Below are positions 1-14,200 of a stretch of DNA of 64,000 nucleotides, one piece after another. A model generated the notes under the pieces. That model had not been told where the DNA came from. It saw only the letters and a program-made list of their open reading frames with translations, and ran no database searches. The translations under genes were made by a program, and so were the position numbers. How positions within the stretch are numbered: the stretch's first letter is position 1; each line of letters opens with the position of its first letter. The DNA comes from Catajapyx aquilonaris (lineage: Eukaryota): contig KZ538427.1 in assembly GCA_000934665.2 (NCBI GenBank), positions 1-64,000 of the forward strand, read 5' to 3'.

Positions 1-724
1 ATTCCTAAGGAGATCGGACTGTTTTAAATGCCTTTTATATGCAAAAATGAGGCCTTGGGGGTCAGTTGCCCCCCACCGCACTAACTAAGAGTTAATATCA
101 CTCTTCATCAAACCGTAAAAGGGGAAAAAGAACTCAGGCCCTGGGGCAAGGCAATGGCTCAAAAACTCCGTCGTCAAAGGGTTAATATCCATCATAATCT
201 CAAAAGAGGATATTGAAATTAAATAAAACAAGTGAGCCGGAATATTCATGTCAACCTAGTGCTACAAATTATAATAATGGCAACAAATATTTCTAAGCAC
301 TGTATTTCCTCAAAAATATTAGTTGCTTCCGAATATAAGTAGTCAAATGTTAGCTTTGGCAGAATGCTTTGTACTTGATTCTAAGATGCACACTGTTTTT
401 CCCATATTTTTTAAAGACAAAATGACTCAAGTAAATATAGTCTTTTCCCTCGTGATTTGCACCAAGAATGTCCAACATGTATGCATAAAAATGGAATGTT
501 TGGTTAAGGTAGGCTACATGAAGTAGTTTGCATGCTGTAGCAATTTTCCTAAACAGCATCATTTCTCAAAATGTACTTGGGTTGTGATGCCCCTCTTGCA
601 CCAACCCCTTCAATAAAACTTGTATTGCAATTACTAAATCACCATGACACCACAAGAAAAGTCAAGGTATCATATTAATTAATCCACCCAAATCATGTTT
701 TCTGTTATCTTATATAACTTGTCA

Positions 725-1288
725 GGCAGTTTTCACACAAGGCCACCATGGCTGTGCCACCACATATTTGGTCATGCTTCTCTGGACACGCGATGCAGAT
801 TTGTGCGCCACCTGCCCCTTCCTTCAAAAATGTACACTTACATCACTTATAAAAGTTACCATATTCATTTTGTTCTGCAGTGGAGGCATCTTCTTTGTCC
901 AAAAAGAGGCCACCAATTCCTCCCAGCACTTCTTCAAATCCCTTCTCGAATAATTATCAGAGCTCATATTCCACAGGGCAGGCCTCGAATGAACTTTGAA
1001 TATCAGCATGTCTGTGTTGAAATCAGCCATTGCCAACCAAAAACTACCCTTCCCAACAGAGAAATGCATGTCTGGCTGCACAGGAGGTCGCGTCTCATGT
1101 GAAAGGCTTCATATGACTCAATGCAAACACGTGGCAATGCGGCCGATCTGGTCATGCCAGAAATCGCCTGGCTACCACCAGTATTTCTGGTCACATCAAG
1201 TACCGGGTATGCAGCCACCACCACGTGTGAAAGGCTACACTTGCAGCAATGCAAAGACATGGCCATGTTGGCCTGTGTGAAAGAGGCC
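725..1288 (-). mobile_element. Non-autonomous PIF/Harbinger derivative carrying a MADF (Myb/SANT-like) remnant
   Basis: Imperfect TIRs ggcagttttcacacaaggcc / ggcctgtgtgaaagaggcc flanked by tca / tta. Internal minus frame LIFKVHSRPALWNMSSDNYSRRDLKKCWEELV matches the MADF pattern of Harbinger ORF2. Confidence 0.65.
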
Positions 1289-1511
1289 TTATACTTCAAC
1301 ATGTACAAATAAGTTACAAGTACTGACTAGGGCCCTGGATTCTGCACACATCATACACACTCTACTACTTGAGAGAGAAACGGTAAGGCTGACCTGGTCA
1401 TGAATGCCCTACAGCAGGGCTATTCAATTGGCGGACGGTGGTCTGAATCCGGACCGTGAAGCAATTTTGTCCGAACTGCGACGATATACAGTTTGAAATA
1501 GTATTAGAAAT

Positions 1512-1956
1512 ACCGAAGCAGCAGTGGTGGAGTGGATATGGTGTCCGACTGCTAATCGGGAGGTCCTGGGCTCGAGTCCCGGAGGCCGGCGGTCCTGACC
1601 TAGGTTTTCTGTGGTTTTCCAAGGTCGCCCCAGGAAAATTACGGGATCGTACTGTAAAATAGGCCACAGCCGCTCCCCTCCTTTCCCTGCCCTCGAGGAG
1701 GTGCGGTGTCGGTGGGGTGCTTCTGGCCCGCGCCTAGTGGGGTGTCTCAGCTTGGCCCCCTGAGGGACTGCACACGGCCCCCACCACAAGACAATGCACT
1801 GCACCACTGTCCCTCCGTCTTATCCCTTCCCTGTCCCCCGCACCGGAGAGAACGAAAAAGCATAGAAAACGGAGGTGATCTCCCCCCCTGCATTGACCAC
1901 TAGGTCTCAAAGGGGTACCAAAAATAAAAATAAAAATAAATAAATAAATAAATCAC
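1512..1956 (+). mobile_element. tRNA-derived SINE (Ser-GCT-like head)
   Basis: A-box/B-box head with gactgctaatc anticodon arm, (AAAT)n tail, probable TSD attagaaat (1503-1511 / 1957-1965). Second copy at ~63072. Confidence 0.8.
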
Positions 1957-2295
1957 ATTAGAAATTACTAATTCATGATTTTTTGGAAAAAGTGCTACCA
2001 ATTTCTTGAAATACGCACCCATTCAAATCTCCCACATTCACCAACGCTCGTGTGACCTTGAACNAAAAAAAAAAAAAATCGCCCGCAGCCCTTTACGGCT
2101 TGTTCACCCTGTGCTTATGAAATGGGCCCCCCTCCGAAATATTTTCTAATATCTTAAGCACGCCAGTGCACATCACATTTCACCCTCTACTGCTCTATAA
2201 TTCACAATCTATAATGAACTTTTTTTTGTAACTTTCCTCTTTGCATGCCATATGTGTGGTTTTCCAACTGGAATCTGAATTGTTATGCTACTGAC

Positions 2296-5200
2296 CTGTC
2301 CATGATATTTGCAATAGTCAGCTGCATACGCATCCCTGGTGATTGACGGATTGGACACCTTGACTTGCAGTGTGGAAGTAAGGACACAGTTGCGGGTGGC
2401 CAGGTCCTTGTGGATGAACCGGTGGTTAGAAAGGTACTCCATGGCTAAGGCCACCTGGCTAGCCATCTGGATCACTTGGCCAGAATTCAGGCGTGGGGGG
2501 CGAGGACTGCCTGAGCTGTGGCGTGGATTATCTTTGCACGTGGCCAGCAGAAACTGCTTCAAATCTCCCTGAATAAAAGAAGGAAGCGATAACATGAGTG
2601 GCATGTTCTTACATTGCATACTTCTGCATATGGTAGAACTAGCTGAAACCCAATCCCTCCAGGGGTTACAAAACTAGCTCCTACCAGCAGAATCTGGCAA
2701 TGCCTGCCTGCAAGGGGCAGAACCCAGCTATTCAATTAGGACCAAGGGACTGTGTGACAATTAAAATATTTTAATGACTAACGATTGTCCTGCTGAGTTA
2801 CCCAAGGGAAGCCCCTCAATGCTAAAATTGAAAGGTATTGTTAGTAAGGTTTTGAAAGAGAATGCAGAAATTGGCAACAGATGTATCCATGTCACTGTCA
2901 CTTTTTGTCAAATTATTAAAAAATATTGCAAGAAAAGTGGAAAATCCACACAGAAACTGTGCTACCTTGCAGGAGAAAGATCTTCTTTTTCTCCAAAAGC
3001 TGCTGGTACAGTACCAGTACGCCATAATTATGTATGACCCGTCCTAACCCAGTAACATGTTTGAAGTTATTACAATAATGTCTAGAAACATTCACACTAG
3101 CATATGAAGAAAATACCAAGAAAACCCAAGCAAGCACACAGGGAGAACCCATGAAAACTATTTCCACATTAGAAACGTGCCTGATCTGGGAATCAATGCA
3201 GGACCTCGGAGGGGTGGGGCAAGAGCAGTACATTTAGGGAGGTAATCATTATGTTTTTTCTGTTCTTCTAACACTACTACATCATTTTTTGCCACACAAT
3301 TCTGGAGAAGGTATGTGTATTATAATGTATAAATTATAACTCACCCAGTCTGTATATTCCATCAACATGTAGTTTGGCTCGGCATCCCTGCACAGCCCCA
3401 GAAGACGAGTAATGTTCTCATGGTGCAGTTTGTTGTACATGTCCATTTCTCTCTTGAACTCAAAAAGGGCATTTTCCTCCTTGTTCTGCAGAGACTTGAC
3501 CATTACCATAGTCTCTGCCTCACCTTCCCTAAGTCCTCTTGCTTTGGCCAAAAATACTTCTCCCATCTCCCCCTTTCCTAGCAACATCACTGTCTGCAAA
3601 TCTCCACGGGAGAAAAGCAGCTTGTCATAGCTGGACCTGGAGCGCTTGGAATTGTGAGAATGTGATCCAGAGCTATGTGAGTGGGTTGTATCATCACTTT
3701 TCACACTGTCCTTGTAGTCTTTAAAAGGTGGGGCTGCAGAGCCTGTATTGTTGTCCTTCAGCTCCGTGTTCTCATGCTGAGCCTCTCCATTTTCTGCCTT
3801 GTTCACTGCCGGGAAATTGCAGTTTTAAATGGCATGCAGCAGTTATAAAAGTTTCACTCTGATATGGTCATAATGTAGAGTGGCACCAATTTTGGGAATG
3901 CTAAGATATTACATGTGCAAATTTAAAAAATGCTGATCAAAGAGGTACAATAAAGTTATCACATTCCAGTTACTAATGTACTTCGTGCTTCATTCCATTG
4001 CATAAATGGGGCATCTAATGCAAAAACTTTGGCTCTTCAGTGCAGAAGAATCTGAACTGAGAGACCACCAGCAATCTTTGGCAAAAGTAACCTTTTTTTC
4101 AGCAAGTTGTGAACCTGAGACAAGCAATGAGAGAAAATTGCGTTAAAAGTGCAGGTCCATTTGTTATCAACACACATTATTACTCGTTGTAATTCACAAG
4201 TTTTTTTCTATTGGACATTTTTTGAGGCTCTCACTTTTATAATGTGGCCACAAACTGAAAATGTGAAATGTCTGTATGCTTCAGTAGATCCCTGCTATTT
4301 TGCAACATTTTTCCTTCGCACAGTAAAGATGCAGAATCACAAGACAACACCAACTTACACAAAGTGCTTGTACCTTCAGTTCCTCCACTCTGTAGATATG
4401 CTTGCTTCCGACGTAGCTGGCGATAACGGCACCAGACCATAAGACCAATCACCAGCACCATGTAGCCTGCAGCAGCACTCAAAGTGATTGTCACTGTCTT
4501 GGTCATCATGCTAGAGTCATGCATTGCCTCTTCAATTCCATCCTCAGGTCTGTAATTTTCAGCACCTGAAGAAAAGTGAGTAATCGCAAAAATATTATTT
4601 TATTATTTTATTATATTATTATTATTATTTTACCCCGTGATAGAGCCAGTGGCTCTCTTAGGGGGGAAGGGGGAGGTTCCCTAGGGAGGGCGCTGTAATT
4701 TTTGAGTCATTCCTGACTTGTGAAATACACCAGGCCTTTTCTCCTGGCCCCGGGCAGATAGGGAGTGCAATTCTGCCCCGGCATGTCGGGTGAAAAGCGG
4801 AAAAAGACCCGGCCAAGCAGAGGTGACGGGGACGGGATTTGAACCCCGGCCTCCCGCTTGGCTGGCCAATGGCGTAACCGCTAGACCACCATGCCGCCCT
4901 CAAAAATATTATTAATCCTCCAGAATTTCTGACTTCTCCAGCAACTTTTTAAAATATGTGGTATGGCTCACTAGGTACCGTAATTATTATGCTTCTTGCT
5001 TTGTTGGTTTTGGCGATTTGGATAAAGCCAGAATTGTCAGCAGGCTGTCTATTTTTAAACAAGAATATTCAAGATATGGGTTATGTTGAGTGCAGTCCTG
5101 GTAGGGTCATGTGAGCCATATTACATGAGCATATCTGATGACAGGTTATGTCATTCTTATATTATATTATTTTGGATTTCACGATCAGTTTTATTGCAAG

Positions 5201-8200
5201 GAATGTCTGTCATATTTAGCTCATAATTGCGGTTTTCTGGCATCTCATTCTTCATGGCTACCTAGCTCTTACAGAGAAAGGTCAGGATGAATGATGATAA
5301 ATGATCATATTGTACAACTTTTAATATTACTGAATAAGAATCTTGTCAGGGTTATAAAGTGACAGAAAAATTAACAATTGTGTTCTATTTAAAGAATGAG
5401 CCATGCTTGCTCCTACTTGTCAAAAAAAAATAGGCAGTAAAACTGCAGAAAACTATTCTTCCTCTGGGTGAGATTAAAAGTAAGAAACAAGTCCATAGGT
5501 GGGGCTTGGTTCGTGTCATAGGGATGTGTGATAATTAAATTTAATTCAAAACATTCGTGCTTTGGGGCTGGGAAGAATGGGGCTGGCCAGAGCACTAACC
5601 GCATGGTGGCGTTAGTGGGCAATTGTGTGTAGCATTCTATCGATCATGAACTATTGCATGTAAAAGATGTGCTCTACGAGGTTTTTGTTTGATTTTTTAT
5701 TGGACTCGGGTGTGAGTGTGGGTAACACTTTATAGTGGTAATAGAGGCGGGATAGTACGTGTGTGGAAGTGCGAAGGCGGCGGTCGAGCTCAGAGTCCCG
5801 CAAAAGCTCCAAAAAAATAAGGAAGAAACCACCGATAGGGCGCCAATTTCGCCCGACCCTGACACGAGCGATGCCCCACACGTGCGCGGTGCCAGGATGC
5901 ACCAACACAAACACAACCACCGGGCATTCCTTTCCAAAAGATCCGGCATTAAACCTGAAGTGGAGGGTGGCAATTCGGAGGAAGGAGGAAGGAGAGGAGG
6001 TGACGGCAAGAAGCACGGAGTGCAAGAAGCATGGGATACACGATACCCATGCACGATACCCGCACGATACTATCTGGCTAATCTGGCTCTAAAGTGAAGC
6101 CAAATCACTTAGTCGAAGGCAATAGCGGCTACTTAGAAGTCTTGCCTACATTGCAAGGGTATTGCGGTTTCCCATAACATTTGGGAAGATTACGGTGTGA
6201 TGTTGCTGTTAATCCGTGATTCCGTCGTGAATTTCATCTGTAAGGCTAATTATTCCTGGAACATGTCAGTATAACGTTATACAGTAGCCGTTATTGGTCG
6301 CGGTCAGAGTCGCGCTCACGAATAGCTCTACGAGCCCTCCCTAAAATAGCAAATAACGCACAATTGCCCACTAGCGCCAACTGGTGATGTAGTTTGCGCC
6401 TGGCCAGCCCCATTAGGCAGATATCGCTTTTATGTACTGCTCCGACTCTCATACTCTGCCTAATTCTTCCCAGCCCCAAAGCACGAATGTTTTGAATTAA
6501 ATTTAATTATCACACATCCCTATGACACGAACCAAGCCCCACCTATGGACTTGTTTCTTACTTTTAATCTCACCCAGAGGAAGAATAGTTTTCTGCAGTT
6601 TTACTGCCTATTTTTATTTAATTATTTTCATCATCAGAATATAGTGAAAACCTGCTGATGCCCCCCCCCCCTTTCGTCCTAAAATGTTTCCCCCCTTCAA
6701 CCTCCTGTGGGGGGAAGGGAGCTCCAGACTGGGACCCCCCCTCCCAAGTATATCCGGTCTCGGTACAGAAAGGCAGCGAGAGCCACCAAACTGACACTTT
6801 CTAAATCGCCTTGTAGCTCAAAAAGTAAAGGTTTTTCTCAAAAAAAGGTAGGCAGGAGGGCACCCCCAGGGAACATTGCGGTTCTAATGAAGCATTGTAT
6901 GACCCTCTACGACGCACCGTTTAGGCTGTACCCTGGTCTAAGTAACAACACTTTTTTGAACTTTGACCCCGGCTAATGACCCCGGTAATGGCCCTAGTAG
7001 TTGTTTATCCAGCTAAAGTTTGAAACTGGAGTGAGCGGAGTGTAAATCTTGTTTCCGATTTTAAATCGATTAACCCGATCGCGAGTTATGAAGTTGGGAA
7101 ATTTGCATTGGGCTCGACCCGATAACCTACTATTTGTTTTTTGGCGGGCCGGGCGCCGCTTCGCGGCGCAACCGGCAGGGAGGAAGAATAGAATTAGATA
7201 TTTTTAATTAATTCATTAATTCCTTCATGGCATATCCCCCAGTGTGGGGTAACCATCTCATAAGATCAATACATATAAATCTTCTGGTGACTGGTCAGGT
7301 ACACACGGAGAGAATCAGTATCATATAACTGAGGTTTTTCCTATATCCTAATACACAGGCCATATATGGAAGTATGCCAGGGCCAACCTTTTGAGTTAGC
7401 TATAACCGAGGGTTGCTTTAGCCAAGGCTCTCATATGCAGAGGCAACTGTATTTAGCTGCATGTCCACTTACTTTTGACAACAAGCCTCACTTCTTCCCT
7501 TTTAAATCCTCCACTATTTCCAGCAGTGCAGCCATACTTCCCATTGTCATCCATGTGAACTTCAGTCACAAACAATGATCCATTTTCCATGACTATGAAC
7601 CTGCCAAATGAAAAGCATTAATTAGGGGAAAAGATTTTATGTTGCATTTCACATACCTTCGCTTATCAAATCCATTGAGAACACTGTTCTTATCCCATTG
7701 AATAGTTGGCTGAGGATCACCATAAGCTTTGCAGTCAATCATAATAGAGTAACCTTCATACGCTTCAGTTGGATTCTTTGGCCTTACATTGAACTTGGGT
7801 GCCACTGAAAATTTTTATCTGTCAATTCTTAGATCTCACTCTCTAAAACGTCTAAATTACCAATGACATCCACATCAATTGTGTTGTTGATAATTCCCTG
7901 TGAACTAGTAGCAATGCAGGTGTACTGCCCTTTATCTGCTTGCTTCACACCATTAAAAAACAGAGTTCCATTCACATCAGTTACATGCACTGGCAACTCG
8001 AACAATGCATTCCCTTCCTGAAAAAGCAATATGCATTACAATCTTGCACATGACAGAGCATTACAGGCACTCACTTTTGTCCACTTTATTACAGGAGGAG
8101 ATGAACCTTGTGCTTTGCAATGTATCTTTGAGTCAGAGCCCAACTCCAGCTTTCGGTTTACTGGTGGTGGCAGGAACTTCAGCTTCTCTGCAAATCATAA

Positions 8201-11200
8201 CACAATATTTACTTCAAGTAACAACACAAGTAGTACTTGCCCCTTCTGAAAGTAAAAAATAAAATATGCTTTACACTTGTTTACAGGCTAATCTTAAAGG
8301 TCTCTGAAGGTTAACATCTTGCAATGATCTTCTTACTGGAACCAGGTTTTAAAAATCTGAAAGCTGGAAGAGCTCCCCTCGACACCTTCAGACCCATGTC
8401 ATCACCAATCAACTCTAGAAGCCTGTTTACAGAATGGCCAGGTGTTTAAAAACTAGTCTAAATTAGTGCACAAGGCATCCATGACACATGACACATGATA
8501 TCATGCAGTTTTGTCAGGAATGTCACTTGAAATCACTGTACCCAGCTACAGCACAGAAATAACAAATTAGGCTGAATTCAAGTAAGAATCTTTGGCAAGC
8601 TACAAGGTAAAATCTCTACTCTCTCTCTTTCTTCTCCATCCAGTAAAAAATTCAAGCATGCACCACACATCAATTACCTTCCATTCACAGCTGGACTTTT
8701 AAATTCCTAAATAAAACTATTCGTCATTATCAGGCACTATTTCGACAGCTGAAACTCTGCAATAGTCTCTTGGTAAGTTTAGCAATGAAACCATGTCAAA
8801 ACAAACCTTTGACATAAAGATGTGCTGCCTTAGAGTATATGGGCTTGAATCCTGCAGTCTTCACTTCGCAGACATACTTCCCCTTATCCATCAGCTGCAC
8901 ATCATGTACTCTTAGGGTACCATTGTTCTCGTACACAAAGGTGTGCCAGCTATCATCCCGGATTAAGATCCCATCCTTCTGCCACCTTACTTTGGTTACT
9001 GGGTACTGCATTCCTTTGAAGTCACACCTAAACAAAGCAGTGTCGCCTTCATCCACCCAGGAAGTCACTGGATCCAACACTATGGAAGGTGGAGCTGAAA
9101 AATCAAAATAATATATTACTGCATTTCTGTGGTACACAATAAAAAGGTATAACCTGCTAGAGTAACAAGTCATTACGTGGTGGTGCATGACACACATTAT
9201 TTTGCTGCAGGAAAATAATATTGTTGCAAACATGCTTCCTGTCAACTCAAGCCTCTGATGTTGGTGACTTGCAAGTCTCATGGTTACAAATCTGTTATTA
9301 GATTGCATACACATTAATAATAGGTGTGTTCAAATGAAACAAAGTGAGGCAATATCTCAGGAGCTATTTGTCTCAGCTGAGTGGTATCTCTGAGTAGGCA
9401 CTAGCATGGCTAATTCTCATGCATAGTTAGTGCCTTTAGTGCTCAGGAGAGCATTTTATGCATGTCTCCCAGAACTATGGTCTTGTCCAAACATGCACGG
9501 CTTGCCATCATCCTTTTTCCTCATCAGGGAAGGAATTGCACCAGTGGACATTGTCCATTGGATGCAGAAGGTGCATGGGAATGTCTGTTTCAACCGCAAG
9601 ACTCTCTTCAAAAGGTGTAGGGAATTTCTGTCCAGACGCGTGTGCTTGGAGGACCTTTCGAGAGAACATTTCCTTAGTGGTTTTCTGCACCTATCAGTCC
9701 AACAAGGTGTTGTGGTTGAAGTAGGCAGTCCCACATGCCCTTGACATCCAATGAACAATGTCCACTGGTGAAGTTCCTTTCTTGATGAGGAAAAAGGATG
9801 ATAGAAAATTGTTCCTGCTTGGACCCACAGGGAGACTTGCATAAAATGCTCTCCTGCCCACTAAATGCATACTGATTACTAACTACTCTGCATGGAAATT
9901 AGCCATGCAAGTGCCTACTCAGCGATATCACTAGCACTTAGCTGAGACAAATAGCTCCGGAGATATTGCCTCACTTTAGGTTTCATTTGAACATATATTT
10001 GCAGCCTCAGAGAATAACAACATAGACTGATTTGGAACCCATACTGAACACACACACATTCAGATTGGTTACAGTGTGTTTTGCAATGCAGTATTACAGT
10101 ACTAACCTACTGTATTTAATATTCGTTAAAAATCAACTCTCTATATTGTTAATTGTCCTTCATAGATAGCAGCAGATTTTTGAAAACATTCCTGTACTGT
10201 TTGTTGTACTGTTAATTAAATAACAAATAATATTTGTTATTGTTTTGCAATATGCCTCAATTGCCTGTGTGTTATCTGACACTTCGGTTACCTGACCACT
10301 GTCTAGTAATTGAAACTCGACTGTCACGCAAAGTTGTGAAAGTTGTGGAATTTCTTGTGTGAAAAATATCTTCATGACACCCACACTAGCAATGCCACAG
10401 GTGTGTATTATACACTCACTTGATACTATAACTTCTACTTGTGCACTCTTGACCCCAGCCATGTTCTCTGCCACACAACTGTAGTTCCCAGCATCGTCCT
10501 CTCTGATTGCCTCTATTATGAGCCTGGTGTCATCCACTCGGATTGGCCCAGAGTCGGATATAATCTTTCCCCTGGGATCTTCCCACCACACACGTGGTGC
10601 AGGATGACCTGATGGTCTCAAGCAGGTGACCTGAAACTCATGATTCTCTGGGACAACGTGCAGATGGCTTGGCGAAAGGGGTGGTTCAAAGGAATCCTCA
10701 ACAATATCATGAATATCTGTAAGCAGAACATATGAGCATAAATACCCCATAGGATGACAGAGATTCTGCTACTTACATGCAATCTTCAAATTGGCCACAT
10801 AAGCACCGGACAGATCTTTGGGTGAGTTGGCCTCTGCTATGCCCACACACTTGTACATTCCTTCATCCAGCGAACGCACGCGATGAATATACAAGGTCCC
10901 ATTTGGGAAGACTGTCATCCTGCGCAAAGAAACAGGTGAGTTTTATTACTGACCAAAAAAAAGGGGGATGTTTACAAGTCAGAAACCAAGTCAAAAACCA
11001 CTGTCACTTCAGTCAACATCTGGATGCCTCAACTATGTGTGGCTCATGCACAACAACAAAAAAAGTTATTTAATGGATGGGCCATGTGGAATCTGTTTCT
11101 TCTGCTCCTCTGTTCCATCCAGAAGCAACAAGCCACAGTCACTGACAGACACACAACCTTCCTGATCCCATTTCCTGAAAATGCCGGCCTGTTTATTGTT

Positions 11201-14200
11201 CCAACTAAGACAAATCGGTCGTTATGCAAGAGACGGCCCGAGGACATATAAATATTTATAGGGTTGGCATCTTCAGGCCACCAAATCTCGAAACAGATTC
11301 CTGATTTCAGTGCCCCCTCCCCCCCTTCCCCACCCCCACTTTTTCACTCGATAATTCAGTCAAAATCATGAATTTTCTGCAGAGCCAAGGCTTCTTCACC
11401 AACACCAGGCGAAGAAGGCTCAGAGGGTACTTTCTCTTCTTTGGCTGCAAAGTCCCACTTGACATTCCATGTTCCTCCGGACACATCCTTCCCCTCCATC
11501 ATTCAAGATTCCCCTCACACTTCCCATTTCTGGATGGGGACTACAAGGGCCAAAGGATGAGCAGAGGGAGGGAGGAAGGAAGGCCGGTTTTATAGGTGAA
11601 ACCAGCGCGGTGATGGCTTCGATCGATTCCCGCTCATCTGAGCCAGACTTGGACAATTAGGACACATGTACCGCTTACGCATCTTCACAATAAGCCCTTT
11701 GCAGGTTCGAACCCTCTCAGTCTCCCGGGCACAGCTGACACACAAGTTGGGGCCCATTGCTTCCAAATGAAAGACGCGTCGTCACACTGTGACGGTCAAC
11801 AACAACAACAACAAAAAAGCGATGACTTGTTCATTTTCAATTTCCTCCCGCATCACTGATGAGACTTGATGAAGGGTCTCCCGATAGCAACCGTGGGCGT
11901 GGCACCGCCACATCCTAACAGCACCAAGCCCCGGGGCTGGAAATGATTGTCGACGTTAATGGCAATGAAGAATACCAGGGAAGCTCCCTAGTCTGTAAGT
12001 AATGAAAATCCCTGGCAGCAGAAGGGAAAAGGACAGTCTGTCCGGACTTCCTGACGGAATAATCTGGCTGTGCACGGCCTACAAGACCTGATAAATCGCA
12101 GAGTTTGGGGGGGCTCCAAGAAGAATGGGCCTACTACTCCTTCCTGGACTTTTCCTACTTTTTCTCCCCTTCTCCCAGAAGAGCTGGATCCCCCACGCCC
12201 ATCAGAACCCATAAGGGACGATGGCCAGAGATTGCCTCTTGTTTTTCTCCCCTCTCCTATGCCCACGCCTTTTCACTTCATCCAGTTCTGATTATTGATT
12301 GCTGCCTTACCTGGTTGAGTTCGTCAAAGGTCCTTCGTCTTGGAAATACCACTCCATCAGAGCTACGTTGTCAAAGGCGCAACCGAACCGTGCAGGATCC
12401 CCCTTCCTCACCAGAAGGTCTTCAGGCAGTTGAACAACGCGAGGTGTGTTATCACCTGGAATGATCCGGACAACTTTTTTTTTTTAACGGGTATCCGGCC
12501 GTCCCTACCCAAAGTCGATTTAAATTCAATCATGATTTGATTTGCTCCACCCCCCTGGAGGGAAGTGTGACAAATGAACACACATACCCCCTTCATTTCC
12601 TCGGATGAAGAGAGAAGGAGGGTGCGTGAAACGACCTCACATCCCTTCCGGGGATTGAACTCATAGCTCAACGTTTCGCATTGTTGTGTGCGACAATAGT
12701 TGCCACCATTTCCCCACGTGGAACCATTTTTTTGAAGCAGAAATGGGGGGAGGGAAATTGGCCCCGGATTAACTCCCTCCCCCCCTCCCCCCTAGTCCCT
12801 TCACTTGAAATATTTGTTCACGTCAAACTAGAATGACACGTACTGCGAATGATCAAGGGGAAATTTTCATCGCTGTCCACAGCACCAGCTTCGTTGTGAG
12901 CTCGACACGTGTAAACACCATTGTCGTCCGGTGTCACGGATGGTAAATGGACTCGTTTGTTGCGAAAAGACACGCGGCCGGACTTGAACAACCGCACACC
13001 GTTTCTGCAATGAAAGAAGAAAAAAAAGTAATAATGTAGTACACACACGAACATTTAAAAAATTTTATCGGCGATACGGTCAGGGGTGGGCGTGGCCACC
13101 TGACGAATGGCCACTTCTGATTCACAATCGAATCGAATACAATGATGGGTGTGACCAAATATTCGTGGTCAAGTCCAGCGCATTAATAACAACTCTCGCT
13201 CCTGTTATATTATTAACAGGCACATTTCACATGAGACGACAAAGAACGATGATTTTAAAGTGCAGTTAATGGATCCTTTGATAAGCAGACAATAACAAAA
13301 AGGCATATCTGCAACTTTCTGAGCAAAATATAAAAAAAGGTCAGCCTGGAGCAATATTTCAATGTGCATGGCCTGACATTCCTCTCACTGACTCGAGATG
13401 GAGCCAAATTCCATTGAACCGCACGAAGAGGACAAATGATCACCTTGACTTATTTCGGTTTAACTGCATGGTCACCCTAAACAAAAAAAGGAGACTCTAC
13501 ACCCCTGAATTTCCATCATCATTTAAATTGGTCAATATTTCTTTCTTCGCGACAGCTGTTATACAGTACACTCTATCTTCTGTCCGTGTTTTTATAACAC
13601 CCTCTCCCTGTCCAGCTTAAGTGATACAAATGAGATGCTGAAATATTTGTCCATTTCTAACAAGCTCGTCTGTAAAACACACATACCTGTACCATTCGTA
13701 GTGCAACTCTCCATTGCCATCCACCTTACACCTCAGCACCACATCAACACCCTCGTGAATCAAATCCACTTCATCCGGTGTCTGCAATTCCACCTTAGCC
13801 GCATCTCCTAACCCTGCAAAACAAACAATCAACCACCACTTTAAAAAATGCCGCCAACAAAAATTAACCCTTAATAAGAAACCAATTTGGTTCTTGAAAA
13901 TGTGTACACACCAAGATGCAAGTGTATCACAGCTTGTGCTAGTGTGGAGAAGAACCGTGAGGATAATAGCTCCCCACTTGACCTCGTCTGTGCCGCCTAT
14001 TCATGAGCCTCCAGCCCGCCGCAACAAATCATTCCTCAACAGCCATTCGCAATGCTGGACAACCCACCAGCAAAGAATGGACAAAAAAACAAGCCGTAGA
14101 GGAGTGGGTTAACAAAAAAAATGTGGTAATCGATTGCTGACGCCCTCATTTACATATGCAGGATTTACAGGTGACTATGATCGATTAACCAACTCGGACA

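Noticed and set aside
1..186. piggyBac-like right end (...caaaGGG-TTAA)
   Set aside because: Only one terminus is visible at the window edge, so it cannot be confirmed.
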